In this document: positions 27,122 to 39,557 of the stretch, one piece after another | How positions within the stretch are numbered: position 1 is the stretch's first letter | Layout of the letters: every line of letters begins with the position of its first letter | NCBI GenBank assembly: GCA_963762145.1 | Contig: CAVXJS010000021.1 | Span: 736,001 to 800,000 of the forward strand | Length of the DNA stretch: 64,000 nucleotides | Source: an uncultured Candidatus Rokubacteria bacterium | Lineage (GTDB): Bacteria > Methylomirabilota > Methylomirabilia > Rokubacteriales > CSP1-6 | Direction: 5' to 3' | The notes under the pieces: model-generated | The model's input: the letters and a program-made list of their open reading frames with translations, nothing else | Told to the model about the DNA's origin: nothing | Databases searched by the model: none | Translations under genes and position numbers: made by a program

Positions 27122-27981
27122 CTCCGCTCCACGCGCGCGATCGTCGCGATCTTGTCGGCGAAGTTCACCTGGCTGTCGTCCTCCGGCGCGTAGCCGAGCT
27201 TGATGCGCGCGCTCGCGATGGACCAGAACCGGTGCGTGTTGCCGCTGATGCCGTAGACGATGAGGAACGGCACCCCGTGCTCGTCCCGGATGTCCTCGGT
27301 CTCCACCATGCGCACCGCCTGCTGCACCTGATCCCGCTTCGAGAGATAGGCGCCGAGCGCGCGGTGCATGACCTTGATGTCGCCCGGCTTCACCTGGTCG
27401 ATATCGTCGTCGCGCGGGCCTCCGATGCGCCACTGAACGATCTCGAGCTTGCGCCCGTCCACCTTGCCGGTGGCGAAGACGAAGCCCAGAAGCTCGTAGG
27501 CCGCCTTGGCCCAGCCGTACCAGTTGTCCGAGCGCGGCGGCATCTCGGGCGTCACCATGTCGAGCCGGCCGTCCCAGACGAGCCGCTCGTAGTAGTCGGC
27601 GGCATGATTGGAGCTGCACACCACGACCCGCCGCACGCCCTCCTCGAGGGCGACGCGACAGACGTTGTAGGCGAGCGCGATGTTGGTGTGCTCGGCCCAG
27701 AACTTTGCGTCGCTGTTGTCCTGCCAGGTGGTGGCGTCGAGCCGGGGCGCGCTCACGAAGCCGCAGTGGATCACCGCGTCCGCGCCCCGGAAGTGCTGGC
27801 GGTACTCGTTGCGGTCCGGCTTCGTCAGGTCGGCCACCATCAGGCCGGGGACGGTCTTGCCGTCACGGGTGGTGGGCCGCACGTCGAGCAGCACCAGATC
27901 CCAGCGCTCCCGGAGCGCCGGCAGCATTCGCTGGGCGACGTACCCCGCCGCCCCGGTCACGACCACGCGCTTCTTGGCCAA
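27118..27981 (-). CDS. NAD-dependent epimerase/dehydratase (uronate-dehydrogenase-like SDR)
   Basis: TGAAGYVA, SSNHA, YGWAK; GAGGAGG SD before TTG. Confidence 0.85.
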   Translation of the reverse strand: MAKKRVVVTGAAGYVAQRMLPALRERWDLVLLDVRPTTRDGKTVPGLMVADLTKPDRNEYRQHFRGADAVIHCGFVSAPRLDATTWQDNSDAKFWAEHTNIALAYNVCRVALEEGVRRVVVCSSNHAADYYERLVWDGRLDMVTPEMPPRSDNWYGWAKAAYELLGFVFATGKVDGRKLEIVQWRIGGPRDDDIDQVKPGDIKVMHRALGAYLSKRDQVQQAVRMVETEDIRDEHGVPFLIVYGISGNTHRFWSIASARIKLGYAPEDDSQVNFADKIATIARVERR

Positions 27982-28002
27982 TGGATCCTCCTCGATGGCC
28001 GG

Positions 28003-29456
28003 CTAGTAGCCCGGCGGGGGAACGAAACCCTGGAACTCGCGCTCGAGCAGGCGCGCCAGCTCGATGCAGGTGCGGTCGCCGTACTGGGGGCCGACGATCT
28101 GCACCCCGATGGGCAGCCCGGCGCGCGAGAAGCCGGCGGGCGCCACCGTGGAGGGCAGCAGGGCCACCCCCGAGTAGCCGGCCCAGAAGAGCTGGTCGGT
28201 GGTGGGCACCCGGCGGCCGTTGACGAGGACGGTTCGCTCGTGGCGCTCGCCTTCGTGATCGTGCGGGAAGGCCGCGCTCGCCGCGGCCGGGCACAGCAGC
28301 ACGTCGTAGTCGCGGAAGAACTCGGCCCAGCGCCAGCGCATCTGGTGGCGGGCCTCGTTGGCGGCCAGCCAGTCGCGGTGCGGCGCCACGTTCGCCCGCG
28401 TCATCTGGCGCAAAGTAGCTCTCGTCGTCCGGGCGGAGCCCGCGCGCGATCTCCGCGTTCCGCGCGAACTCCTCGGGCGACTGCCGGCCCGAGGTGGCCG
28501 CGCGCAGCAGGAGGACGTAGACGCGGTGGATCTCCGCGGTGTCGATGGCGGGCCGCGCGGTGTCGCTCACCCGGGCCTTCTTCCGGGCGAGGAAATCGGC
28601 GACCGCCTGCACGCGCGCCTGGACCTCGTCGTCCACCTCGGAGACCGGATCGGTCGCGCATCACCGCCACCCGGAACTCGCGCAGCGCCTTCCGCCGCGG
28701 AGCGGGCAGCTCGAGCCGCCAGCCCTCGCCGTCGATCTCGTCGGCGCCCGCCATCACCGCGAGCCCGATCGCCAGGTCGTCCGCGCTGCGCCCCATCGGC
28801 CCGATCACCGAGATGTCGCCCTGGGCGACCCGGCCGGGCAGGGCCTGGCCGCGGGGCGGCACGATCCCGAAGGTCGGCTTGTGGCCGTAGACGCCGCAGT
28901 AGTGCGCGGGGTTGCGGATGGACGAGCCGATGTCGCTGCCCGCCTCGAAGCCGGTCAGGCCCGCGGCGAGCGCGGCCGCCGAGCCACCCGAGGAGCCGCC
29001 GGGGCTGCGGGTGAGATCCCAGGGATTGTTGGTGGTGCCGTAGACCCGGTTGTAGGACTGGTAGTCGGCCAGCCACGCCGGGACATTGGTCTTGCCGAAC
29101 AGCACCGCGCCCGCGCCGAGCAGGCGATCCACCGACAGCGCATTGCGCGTGGGCACGTTGTCCTTCAGCTCGCTGAGCCCCCACGTGGTCGGCATGCCGA
29201 CCACGTCGTACGACTCCTTGATCGTCATCGGCACGCCGTGCAGCGGGCCCCAGACCTTCTTCTTGCGGAGCGCGGCGTCGGCCTGGCGGGCGCGGCGGCG
29301 GGCCGCCTCCACGTCGCTGGCCACGATCGCATTGAGCTGCGGATTGAAGCGATCCACCCGCGCGAGGAACAGGTCGAGCGCCTCGAGAGCGCCGATCTTG
29401 CCGCGCCGGATGTCGGAGGCGAGCTGCTTGGCGCTGCGGAAATGGGGAGCGATCAT
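28003..29456 (-). CDS. Amidase-signature family protein (frameshifts near 28655 and 28415)
   Basis: GVPMTIKE, GGSSGGS, GSDIGSSIRNPA, GLPIGVQI. Confidence 0.88.
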
Positions 29457-29463
29457 GGGCACC

Positions 29464-30186
29464 TCACGGCTCGAGGGTGAACGTCACGGTCACCGAGGCC
29501 TGGATCTCCTGCTCGCCGGGCGCCACCGGCACCGCGGCCATGGTCATCCGCGGGGCCATCTCCGCGCGCGGGGAGGGCGCGCCGGCTTCCTGCACCGCCA
29601 CCACGCGACCGACCCGGAGCGACGCGGCGCCCGCGTAGAGCTCCGCCTTGCGCCGCGCATCGGCCATGGCCCGCCGGCGCGCCTCGTCCCGCAGGGGCTC
29701 GGGCTCCTGCCGCCCGAACTGGATGCCGTGGACGAGATTGGCGCCCTGCCCCACCTGCTGATCGAGCACCCGTCCCAGGATCGAGAGGTCGCGGACCTTC
29801 ACGCGCACCTGGTTGGTCACCTCGTAACCGGTGATCTCGGGCGGCTGCCCGTCACGACCCTGGCGACGGAGCGGCGACACGCTGATGTTCGTGGTCTGGA
29901 TGTCGCGGGTGGCGATGCCGAGGGTCCCCAGCGCCTGGAGGAGCCGCTCCATCGCCTGGCTGTTGGCGGCGAGCGCCTCCGCGGCGGTGGGCGCCTGCGT
30001 CACCACGCCGCTGGTGATCTCGGCCATGTCGGGCGCGGCCGACACCGTGCCGGTTCCGGCCACCGTCACCGTCGAGGTCCCGGCGTGATGGCCGCCGTGC
30101 CCCATGGGCGCGCACGCCGCCGCGCCGAGGGCGATCACCGCGAGGCCGAGCGCGGCGGGGAAGCGCTTCACGGTCGGCGCGCGCAT
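29464..30186 (-). CDS. SIMPL/DUF541 domain lipoprotein
   Basis: Signal ending AAAC; TVTVAGTG..PD, ADARRKAE, PGEQEIQASVTVTF. Confidence 0.9.
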   Translation of the reverse strand: MRAPTVKRFPAALGLAVIALGAAACAPMGHGGHHAGTSTVTVAGTGTVSAAPDMAEITSGVVTQAPTAAEALAANSQAMERLLQALGTLGIATRDIQTTNISVSPLRRQGRDGQPPEITGYEVTNQVRVKVRDLSILGRVLDQQVGQGANLVHGIQFGRQEPEPLRDEARRRAMADARRKAELYAGAASLRVGRVVAVQEAGAPSPRAEMAPRMTMAAVPVAPGEQEIQASVTVTFTLEP

Positions 30187-30677
30187 CAGAGCGACCCCAT
30201 CATGAACAGGTCCAGCTCCTCGTCCTTGGCACGCAGCCGGGTGATGAGGAAGCGGAGCAGGTTCAGGTAGATCACCTTGCCCACCCGCGCGTCGCCTTCC
30301 GCGATGCTACGGAACTCCTCGCGCGAGAGGAAGAAGAGCTTGGCCCCGGCCGGGGAGCGCGCCGCCGCCGAGGTGGAGTGCTCGTCGATCAGCGAGTACT
30401 CGCCGAGGCACCGGCCGGGGCCCATCGTGTTCAGGTGCACCTCGGTGGGGCGGCGGGTGCGGCCGGCGGCCGCGTCGGGCAGGAAGATCTCCACGAGGCC
30501 TTCCAGCACCACGTAGAGGCCGGGGCCGCGGGTGCCCTCGGTGAGCACCGTCTCGCCCGGCGCCACCTCGATCAGCAGCCCGCGCGCGATGATGTGATCG
30601 AGCGCGGCGGGTGGGAGGTGCTCGAAGACGACCGAGCCTCCGAGAATATGACGGTAGGCATCCTTGGCGAGCTCCAT
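30186..30677 (-). CDS. Stand-alone cyclic-nucleotide-binding domain protein
   Basis: PGETVLTEG, LYVVLEG, LGEYSL, SAAARS; no HTH. Confidence 0.85.
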   Translation of the reverse strand: MELAKDAYRHILGGSVVFEHLPPAALDHIIARGLLIEVAPGETVLTEGTRGPGLYVVLEGLVEIFLPDAAAGRTRRPTEVHLNTMGPGRCLGEYSLIDEHSTSAAARSPAGAKLFFLSREEFRSIAEGDARVGKVIYLNLLRFLITRLRAKDEELDLFMMGSL

Positions 30678-30742
30678 GAGGGGCTCAGTCTGCCACAGAC
30701 GCCCGCGCTCCGCAGGACCACCACGACGACAGGATGGTAGGA

Positions 30743-30758
30743 TGTGACCGGTCACACA
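30743..30758. promoter_or_regulatory. CRP/FNR-like palindromic operator
   Basis: TGTGACCGGTCACA perfect palindrome; also reads TGTGA-N6-ACACA. Confidence 0.5.
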
Positions 30759-30789
30759 CCCTGGCGGCGCCCGCCGACGGCGGGCGCGC

Positions 30790-32239
30790 TCACGGCCGGC
30801 CGGGGCGCGCCCCCGCCGTCCCCTCCAGCACCGCCTCGCGCCACTCCCGCTTGAGCGGGAGGATGGGCGGCATCGGCGCCACGTCGGGCGCCGCGGTCGG
30901 CTGCGGCGACCGCGTCCTTGCGATCGGTCGCGGCCCCCTTCTTCATGAACAGGTTGTAGATGGACCACTGGAGCCGGCTGCGGCCGCCGCGGACCGGAAA
31001 GCGCCGGACCATGGACGACGGCGCGTAGAACGTCTCGTAGGCGGTGTTCTGCCCCAGCCGGAGCTCGTCGCCCGACATCTGCGCGGGCCGATAGACGACG
31101 TTGGCCTGGTCGTACTTCTCCCAATCGAAGGAGACGATGCGGTTGGCCTTCTTCATCTCGTACCAGGTCAGCGTGCCCGGATAGGGCGTGAGGACGGAGT
31201 AGGCGCAGGCATCGTAGTCGGCCTCGATGTTGAACCGCGCGGTCTCCTCGAACACCGAGCGGTCGTCGCCGTCGAACCCGAACATGAACAGGCCGAACAC
31301 CATGATGCCGTAGGAGTGGACCTTCTCCACGAGGGCCGCGAAGGTCTCGGGACGGTTCACGTGCTTGTGCACGCTCGTCAGCGTGGAGCGCGAGATCGAC
31401 TCGAAGCCGATGCTCAGCAAGGTGCAGCCGCTCGCGGCCGCGAGCTCGAGCATGCGATCGTCCTGCGCGAGCTTCGAGGTGACGCCGGCCTGCCACGTGG
31501 ACCCCGCGGCCCTTGAGGGCCCGCATGACCTCCTTCGGGCGCTCCGGCGTGCCGAAGAAGTCGGCGTCGTTGATCGAGATCATGCGCGAGCCGCAGTTCT
31601 CGACTTCGCGGATCACCTCATCGACCGGACGGTAGCGGAACTTCAGCCCGTTCATCAGCGGCTCGGCGCAGAACGTACAGCCCTGGTGGCAGCCGCGCGA
31701 GGTCTGCACGAACGTGCGGTTCACGTAGCGGTGCTTCTTGAGCAGGTCGTACCGCGGCATCGAGCAGGCCTTCCATCGGGTGCAGCCGCTCCGCCCGGTA
31801 GGTGCCGCGCATCGCGCCCCGCTCGAGATCGTCGAGGAGCTTGGGGAGCACGAGCTCCGCCTCGCCGATCACCACCGCGTCGCAATGCTTGAGCGCCTCC
31901 TGCGGCATGAAGCTCGGGTGCACGCCGCCCATCACGACCGGCACCCCGCGCGCCCGGAACGCATCGGCGATCTCGTAGCCGCGGTTCACGTAGCTCGTCA
32001 TGGCGGAGATGCCGACCAGGTCCGCCTTGAGGTCGAAGTCGATCGACTCGATGTTCTCGTCGGTCAGCACCACCTCGTAGCGGTCGCGCGGAATGGCCGC
32101 CGGCCACGGCGAGCAGGCCCGCGAGCGGCGAGTAGAGCGCCCGGTTGAGATAGAGGGGCCGGGTGGTCAGCGAATCGGTCTTCGGATTGATGAGATGAAT
32201 CACGCGGGAGCGCGTACCGGTGACCCGACGATTGACCAT
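30790..32239 (-). CDS. B12-binding radical SAM protein (several frameshifts)
   Basis: DLVGISAMT, VVMGGVHPS, GEAE, SRGCHQGCTFC (CxxxCxxC), GFES, TPYPGT. Confidence 0.88.
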
Positions 32240-32308
32240 GGCCTGCTCCTCTCTCACGAGGGCCAGACGGGTTGCGAAGTCGGCATGCAGCGTGTGGGAC
32301 GCGATCGA

Positions 32309-32337
32309 ATGGTAAGACCGGCCCGCGGGGTCGTCAA
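32309..32337 (-). promoter_or_regulatory. sigma70-type promoter for the radical SAM gene
   Basis: Minus strand TTGACG-N17-TACCAT. Confidence 0.65.
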
Positions 32338-32372
32338 GCCGGCGTGCGGAGAGCTGTGATACGGTACGCGCC

Positions 32373-33284
32373 GTGAGCGAGACGACGCCCGCGGGCCGGA
32401 CCACGGTGAGCCTGGGCACCGCCACCCCGGGCGGCGGATTCCCGGTCTACGGCGAGGCGGTGGCCGCGGTCATCAACGAGACCGATCCCTCCCTCGAGGT
32501 GCGGCCCCACAACACCAAGGGCAGCACCGAGAACGTGCCGCTGCTGGAGGCGGGCGGGCTCGATCTCGGGCTGGTGCAGGGCGAGGTCGCCTACGAGGCG
32601 CTCGCCGGCGTCGGCCGCGCGCCCGCCGACCTGCGCGTGCTCGCCGCCATGTTCTCCACCCCCGGCATGTTCGTGGTGCGCGCGGATTCCCCCTATCGCA
32701 CCATCGCGGATCTCAAGGGCCGGCCGGTGGCCTTCGGGGCGCGCGGCTCGGGCCTGATCGTCCTCGCGCGCTACGTGCTCGACGGCCTGGGCTACGAGCG
32801 GGACCGCGACTTCCAGGCCGTCTTCCTCGACGCGGCGGGCGACGGGCCCCGGATGGTGATGGACGGCACGGTGGCCGCGCTGTGGGGCGGCGGGCTCGGG
32901 TGGCCCGGCTTCACCGCGGTGGCCCGCGGGCCCGCCGGCGCGCGCTTCCTGGTGCCCGACCTCGACGGCATCCACCGCATCCAGACCAAGCACGCGTTCC
33001 TGCAGCTCATGCGCGTGCCCGCCGGGTCCTACCCGGGGCAGACCGCGGACCTGGTCTCGGTGGGCTCGTGGAGCTTCATCATGGCGCGGCCCTCGCTGCC
33101 CGACGAGGTGGCCTATCGCCTGGCGCGCGCGCTGCACCGCGGCGAGAGCGCGCTCGCGGGACGGCTCGCGCAGGGGCGCGAGACCACCGCGGCCAACACG
33201 GTCGCCGCGGTCGCGCGGCCGGAGTTGCTCCACCCCGGCGTGCGGCGCTACCTCGCCGAGATCGGGCTGCTGCGCGCCGGCTGA
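32373..33284 (+). CDS. TAXI-family TRAP solute-binding protein (no signal peptide)
   Basis: LGTATPGGGF, TKGSTENV, IADLKGRPVAFGARGSG, HPGVRRY. Confidence 0.9.
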   Translation: MSETTPAGRTTVSLGTATPGGGFPVYGEAVAAVINETDPSLEVRPHNTKGSTENVPLLEAGGLDLGLVQGEVAYEALAGVGRAPADLRVLAAMFSTPGMFVVRADSPYRTIADLKGRPVAFGARGSGLIVLARYVLDGLGYERDRDFQAVFLDAAGDGPRMVMDGTVAALWGGGLGWPGFTAVARGPAGARFLVPDLDGIHRIQTKHAFLQLMRVPAGSYPGQTADLVSVGSWSFIMARPSLPDEVAYRLARALHRGESALAGRLAQGRETTAANTVAAVARPELLHPGVRRYLAEIGLLRAG

Positions 33285-33303
33285 CGCCCCGCGCATTCCG
33301 CAT

Positions 33304-35490
<2,187 letters not shown>

Positions 35491-36675
35491 CTACGAGAGG
35501 TAGGGCCGGAGGTCCACGCGGCGCCCGGACGCGGCGGAGAGGTAGGCGCCGTAGATGACCGCGGTGACGTCGCGGGCGAGCGGGCCGCCGGAGAGCGGCT
35601 CGCGGCCGGTGGCCGCGCACTCCACGAAGTCCTGCATCTCCTGCGGGTAACCGGTGGTCCACTCCTCGTCGGGCTGCGGCGCGGTCCAGCCCGCCTTGGT
35701 CTCGATCTTCTCCACGATGTACTCGTCGCCGAACACGGAGGCCGCGGGCGCGTAGGCCTGCACGAGATCGTTGGGGTTGATGTTGCAGAGCACCACCGCC
35801 TTCGCGCCGTAGATCGCCATCTGGTTGCGGATGCCCCCCAGCACCGTGTCGGCCGCCGAGATTGCGGCCACCGTGCCGTCGTCGAAGGTGATCAGCATGG
35901 TGCCCCAGTCCTCCACGTCCGCGCCCTCCACGATGTTGAGATAGCGCGGGGTGGCCGCGCGGAAGGTCGCGGTGTCGGCGAGCTGCGCGGTCTCCGCCAT
36001 GACCGAGACCGGCCGCACCGGGGCCCCGCGCAGGCGCCTTCCCTCGTCCGCCTTCAGGTACAGCGCGGCGCCCAGGGGATGGCAGGCCTTGCCGATCAGC
36101 GAGCCGCCGCCGCCGGTGACCCAGCGCTTGTTGATCGGCGCGTGCGTGCCCGAGTGGCTCTCCTCGCCGACCAGCCGAAGCATGGGCCCGCCCGACGCGG
36201 TGAAGAGCCGGCGCGCCTTCTGGATCGGTGGCGCGTAGACCCAGTTCTCCGCGTAGCAGAGCCGCACGCCCGCGGACGCCGCGGCGGCGAGGACCTGGTC
36301 GGCGCTCGCGAGCGCGCGGGTGAGCATCTCCTCGCGCGGGGTGGCGGGCGGGCCGAAGAAGCCGGTGAGCGGCTTCTCCACGATCACGTGCTTGCCCGCG
36401 CGGGCGGCCTCGATCGCCATCGCGGCGTGCAGGTGCGCCGGCACGCAGAGATCCACCAGGTCCACGTCCGGATCGGCGAGCACCTCGTGGAGGTCGGCCG
36501 CCGCGCGCGCCACCCCGAACTCCCGCGCGAAGGCCTGCGCCCGCTCGGGACGCGCCGCGGTCACGCACGCGAGCTCGACGTCCACCCCGTGCACGTGACG
36601 GTACGCCTCGCCGTGGATGTGGGCCACGAAGCCCGCGCCCACGATCCCCACCCGCACTCTCGGTCGTGACCCCAT
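35491..36675 (-). CDS. Gfo/Idh/MocA oxidoreductase
   Basis: GIVGAGFVA, GKHVIVEKP, GGGSL. Confidence 0.9.
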   Translation of the reverse strand: MGSRPRVRVGIVGAGFVAHIHGEAYRHVHGVDVELACVTAARPERAQAFAREFGVARAAADLHEVLADPDVDLVDLCVPAHLHAAMAIEAARAGKHVIVEKPLTGFFGPPATPREEMLTRALASADQVLAAAASAGVRLCYAENWVYAPPIQKARRLFTASGGPMLRLVGEESHSGTHAPINKRWVTGGGGSLIGKACHPLGAALYLKADEGRRLRGAPVRPVSVMAETAQLADTATFRAATPRYLNIVEGADVEDWGTMLITFDDGTVAAISAADTVLGGIRNQMAIYGAKAVVLCNINPNDLVQAYAPAASVFGDEYIVEKIETKAGWTAPQPDEEWTTGYPQEMQDFVECAATGREPLSGGPLARDVTAVIYGAYLSAASGRRVDLRPYLS

Positions 36676-36699
36676 CGCGATCTCTCCCCTCCGGGCGCG

Positions 36700-37908
36700 T
36701 CAGCGCGCCCGCAGCCGCCACCAGCCGAGCAGCGCCGCGATCCCGGCCAGCCCGACGGTCCCGTTGGCCATGAGCGCCCGCTGGACGCCCCAGCGCTCGG
36801 ACATCGCCCCCACCATGAACGCGCCGATCGGGAACACGCCGCCCCAGATCAGCGTGTAGATGCTCATCACCCGCCCGCGCAGCGCGTCGGGGGCCGCGAG
36901 CTGCATGGTGGTGTTGCAGGAGACCACCCCGATGATGCCGAAGAACCCGGTGATGAAGAGCACCGCCACCGCGGGCCAGAACGCGCGCACCAGGGCGAGG
37001 CCGATGAGCCCGCCGCAGGCCACCGCGCACGCGGCGAACATCAGCGGGCGCGGGGGCCGCCGCGTGCCGAGGGTGCCGAGGGTGAGCGCCCCGCTCACCG
37101 CCCCCACCCCGAGCGCGGCCATCAGGAACCCGAACCCCTCCGCCCCGAGCCCGAGCATGGTGCGCACCACGAGCGGAACGTAGACCGTGAAATTGAACAC
37201 GGTGAGGCTGACCATGAAGGTGAGCCCGAGCGCGAGCAGCATCTCCGGCGTCCGCCAGACGTGACGGATGCCGATGAGGATCTCCTCGAACACCCCCTGG
37301 CCGGTGCGCGGCTGCGGATGCCCGCGCGCCTGCAGGGTCAGCATCATCGCGATCGAGACCGCGAAGCCCAGCGCATTGGCCGCGAAGGCGGGCGCGATCC
37401 CGTAGCGGCCGATGACCAGGCCGCCGATGCTCGGGCCCACGATGCGGGCCGCGTTGAAGCAGGCCGAGTTCAGCGAGATCGCGCTGCCCACGTCGGCCCG
37501 GCCCACCATCTCCGCCACGAAGGACTGCCGGGCCGGCGCGTCGAGCACGTTGGCGAGCCCGACCCCGGTGGCGAGCACCGCCACGTGCCAGTACTCGACG
37601 TGGCCGCCGTACACCAGGGCTCCCAGCACGAGCGCCTGCGCACCGAGCACCGACTGGGTCACGAGCAGCAGCCGGCGCTTGCGCACCCGGTCCGCGACCG
37701 CGCCCGACACGATCGAGAAGAGGAGGATCGGCCCGAACTGGAGCGTGCCGATCAGCCCCAGCAGCAGCGGCGACGAGGTGAGCTGGAGCACCAGCCAGGA
37801 CTGGGCCACCGTCTGCATCCAGGAGCCGACCTGGGCCACGAACTGCGCCGCGAAGAACCGCCGGAAGTCGGCGTGGCGGAACGCCCGCAGGCCGGTGGGA
37901 AGGGCCAT
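36700..37908 (-). CDS. MFS transporter (DHA3 / transmembrane secretion effector type)
   Basis: GSWMQTVAQSWLV, GAVADRVRKR, PARQS, RGRVMS. Confidence 0.92.
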   Translation of the reverse strand: MALPTGLRAFRHADFRRFFAAQFVAQVGSWMQTVAQSWLVLQLTSSPLLLGLIGTLQFGPILLFSIVSGAVADRVRKRRLLLVTQSVLGAQALVLGALVYGGHVEYWHVAVLATGVGLANVLDAPARQSFVAEMVGRADVGSAISLNSACFNAARIVGPSIGGLVIGRYGIAPAFAANALGFAVSIAMMLTLQARGHPQPRTGQGVFEEILIGIRHVWRTPEMLLALGLTFMVSLTVFNFTVYVPLVVRTMLGLGAEGFGFLMAALGVGAVSGALTLGTLGTRRPPRPLMFAACAVACGGLIGLALVRAFWPAVAVLFITGFFGIIGVVSCNTTMQLAAPDALRGRVMSIYTLIWGGVFPIGAFMVGAMSERWGVQRALMANGTVGLAGIAALLGWWRLRAR

Positions 37909-37918
37909 CGGCGGCCGC

Positions 37919-38854
37919 TCAGCCGCCGGCCACGCCCTGGGTATTGACGAAGATCGAGTAGAGCGACTGGCTCGCGGCGAGGAAGAGCCGGTTGCGCTTG
38001 GTCCCCCCGAAGCACAGATTCGCGCAGCGCTCCGGCAGCAGGATGCGGCCGATCAGCTTCGCGTCGGGGTTGTAGATCGCGACGCCGTCGAGGCCCTCGC
38101 CCCCGCCCCAGCCGCACCAGAGGTTGCCGTCGGTGTCGCAGCGCAGGCCGTCCGGGACGCCGGCCCCGGTGTTGACGAACACGCGCCCGTTGGCGAGCGC
38201 GGTGCCGCCCGCGACCACGTCGAACACCCGGATCTCTCGCGGCATCGCCCCCGACACCACCACGTAGAGCCGTCTCTCGTCGGGGGAGAAGCAGAGGCCG
38301 TTCGGACGTGGGATGTCGCCGGTCGCCACAACCGCCTTGCCGGTCCGGGGATCGAGGCGATACACGTTGGTGGGCAGCTCCACCGGCGCGGTGTGACCCT
38401 CGTAGTTGCTGAGCACGCCGAAGGGCGGGTCGGTGAACCACACGCTGTCGTCCGACTTGACCACCACGTCGTTCGGCGAGTTGAGCCGCTTCTGCTCGAA
38501 CGAGTCCATCAGGACCGTGACGGTGCCGTCGTACTCGGTGCGGGTCACCCGCCGGCTGTCGTGCTCGCAGGTGACCAGGCGCCCCTGGCGATCGCGTGTG
38601 TTGCCGTTCGAGAAGTTGGAGGGCTTCCGGAACACCGAGACCGAGCCGGCCTCCTCGTCCCAGCGCATGATCCGGTCGTTGGGAATGTCGCTCCACAGGA
38701 CGTAGCGGGCGTCGCCGAACCACACCGGTCCCTCCGCCCAGCGAAAGCCGGTGGCGAGGCGCTCCACCGCCGCGTTGAAGACACGGTACTTGGCGAAGCT
38801 CTCGTCGAGGATCTGCACCGCCGGATCGGGATAGCGCACGGGAGTGGTCTGCAT
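37919..38854 (-). CDS. SMP-30/gluconolactonase family protein
   Basis: WAEGPVW, SDIPN, NSPND, FTDPPFG, PNGL, PDG; TTGACT-N17-CACCAT promoter upstream. Confidence 0.93.
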   Translation of the reverse strand: MQTTPVRYPDPAVQILDESFAKYRVFNAAVERLATGFRWAEGPVWFGDARYVLWSDIPNDRIMRWDEEAGSVSVFRKPSNFSNGNTRDRQGRLVTCEHDSRRVTRTEYDGTVTVLMDSFEQKRLNSPNDVVVKSDDSVWFTDPPFGVLSNYEGHTAPVELPTNVYRLDPRTGKAVVATGDIPRPNGLCFSPDERRLYVVVSGAMPREIRVFDVVAGGTALANGRVFVNTGAGVPDGLRCDTDGNLWCGWGGGEGLDGVAIYNPDAKLIGRILLPERCANLCFGGTKRNRLFLAASQSLYSIFVNTQGVAGG

Positions 38855-38918
38855 GACCCCCGGATGGTGGCCACTCGCGGCGGAGAAGTCAACCACCTTG
38901 TGCTACAGTCACGCGGCG

Positions 38919-39557
38919 ATGAGCAAGCCCGCGCTCCGGCATCTCTCCGCGGTGGACCCGGTGATGCGCGCGCTCATCCGGCGCGTGGGACCCTGCGGCC
39001 TCGCGGTGCGCAATCACTCGCCGTTCGAGACGCTGGTGCGGGCCATCGCCCACCAGCAGATTCACGGGCGCGCCGCCGAGGCGATCCTGGGGCGCTTCAT
39101 CGCGCTCTTTCCCGGCCGTCGCTTCCCGCGGCCGGAAGACATCGCCACCATGGACCCGCGCAAGATGCGCCGCGCGGGCTTCTCGCGCGCGAAGATCCGG
39201 TCGATCAAGGACATCGCGCGGAAGACCCGCAGCGGGCTGATTCCCACCCGCGCCGCCTGCCACCGCCTCAGCGACGCCGAGCTGATCGAACGGATCATCC
39301 AGGTGCGCGGGGTCGGGCAGTGGACGGTGGAGATGCTGCTGATGTTCACCCTCGGCCGCCCCGACGTGCTGCCGGTTGACGACTTCGGGGTGCGCGAGGG
39401 CTTCAAGATCGCCTACCGGCGGCGCAAGCAGCCCACTCCGAAACAGCTCCGGCGCTACGGCGCGCGCTGGGAGCCCTACCGCTCGGTGGCCGCCTGGTAT
39501 CTCTGGCGCGCGGCCGAGAAGGCCCTGCACCGCAAGGTGGAGCCGGACGTCACGTAG
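38919..39557 (+). CDS. DNA-3-methyladenine glycosylase II (AlkA-family HhH-GPD)
   Basis: IAHQQI, RGVGQWTVEM, PDVLPVDD, WEPYRS. Confidence 0.92.
   Translation: MSKPALRHLSAVDPVMRALIRRVGPCGLAVRNHSPFETLVRAIAHQQIHGRAAEAILGRFIALFPGRRFPRPEDIATMDPRKMRRAGFSRAKIRSIKDIARKTRSGLIPTRAACHRLSDAELIERIIQVRGVGQWTVEMLLMFTLGRPDVLPVDDFGVREGFKIAYRRRKQPTPKQLRRYGARWEPYRSVAAWYLWRAAEKALHRKVEPDVT

Noticed and set aside
33279-33292. GG-N10-GC upstream of glgX
   Set aside because: Lacks the CA and TT flanks; such bare matches are frequent at high GC.
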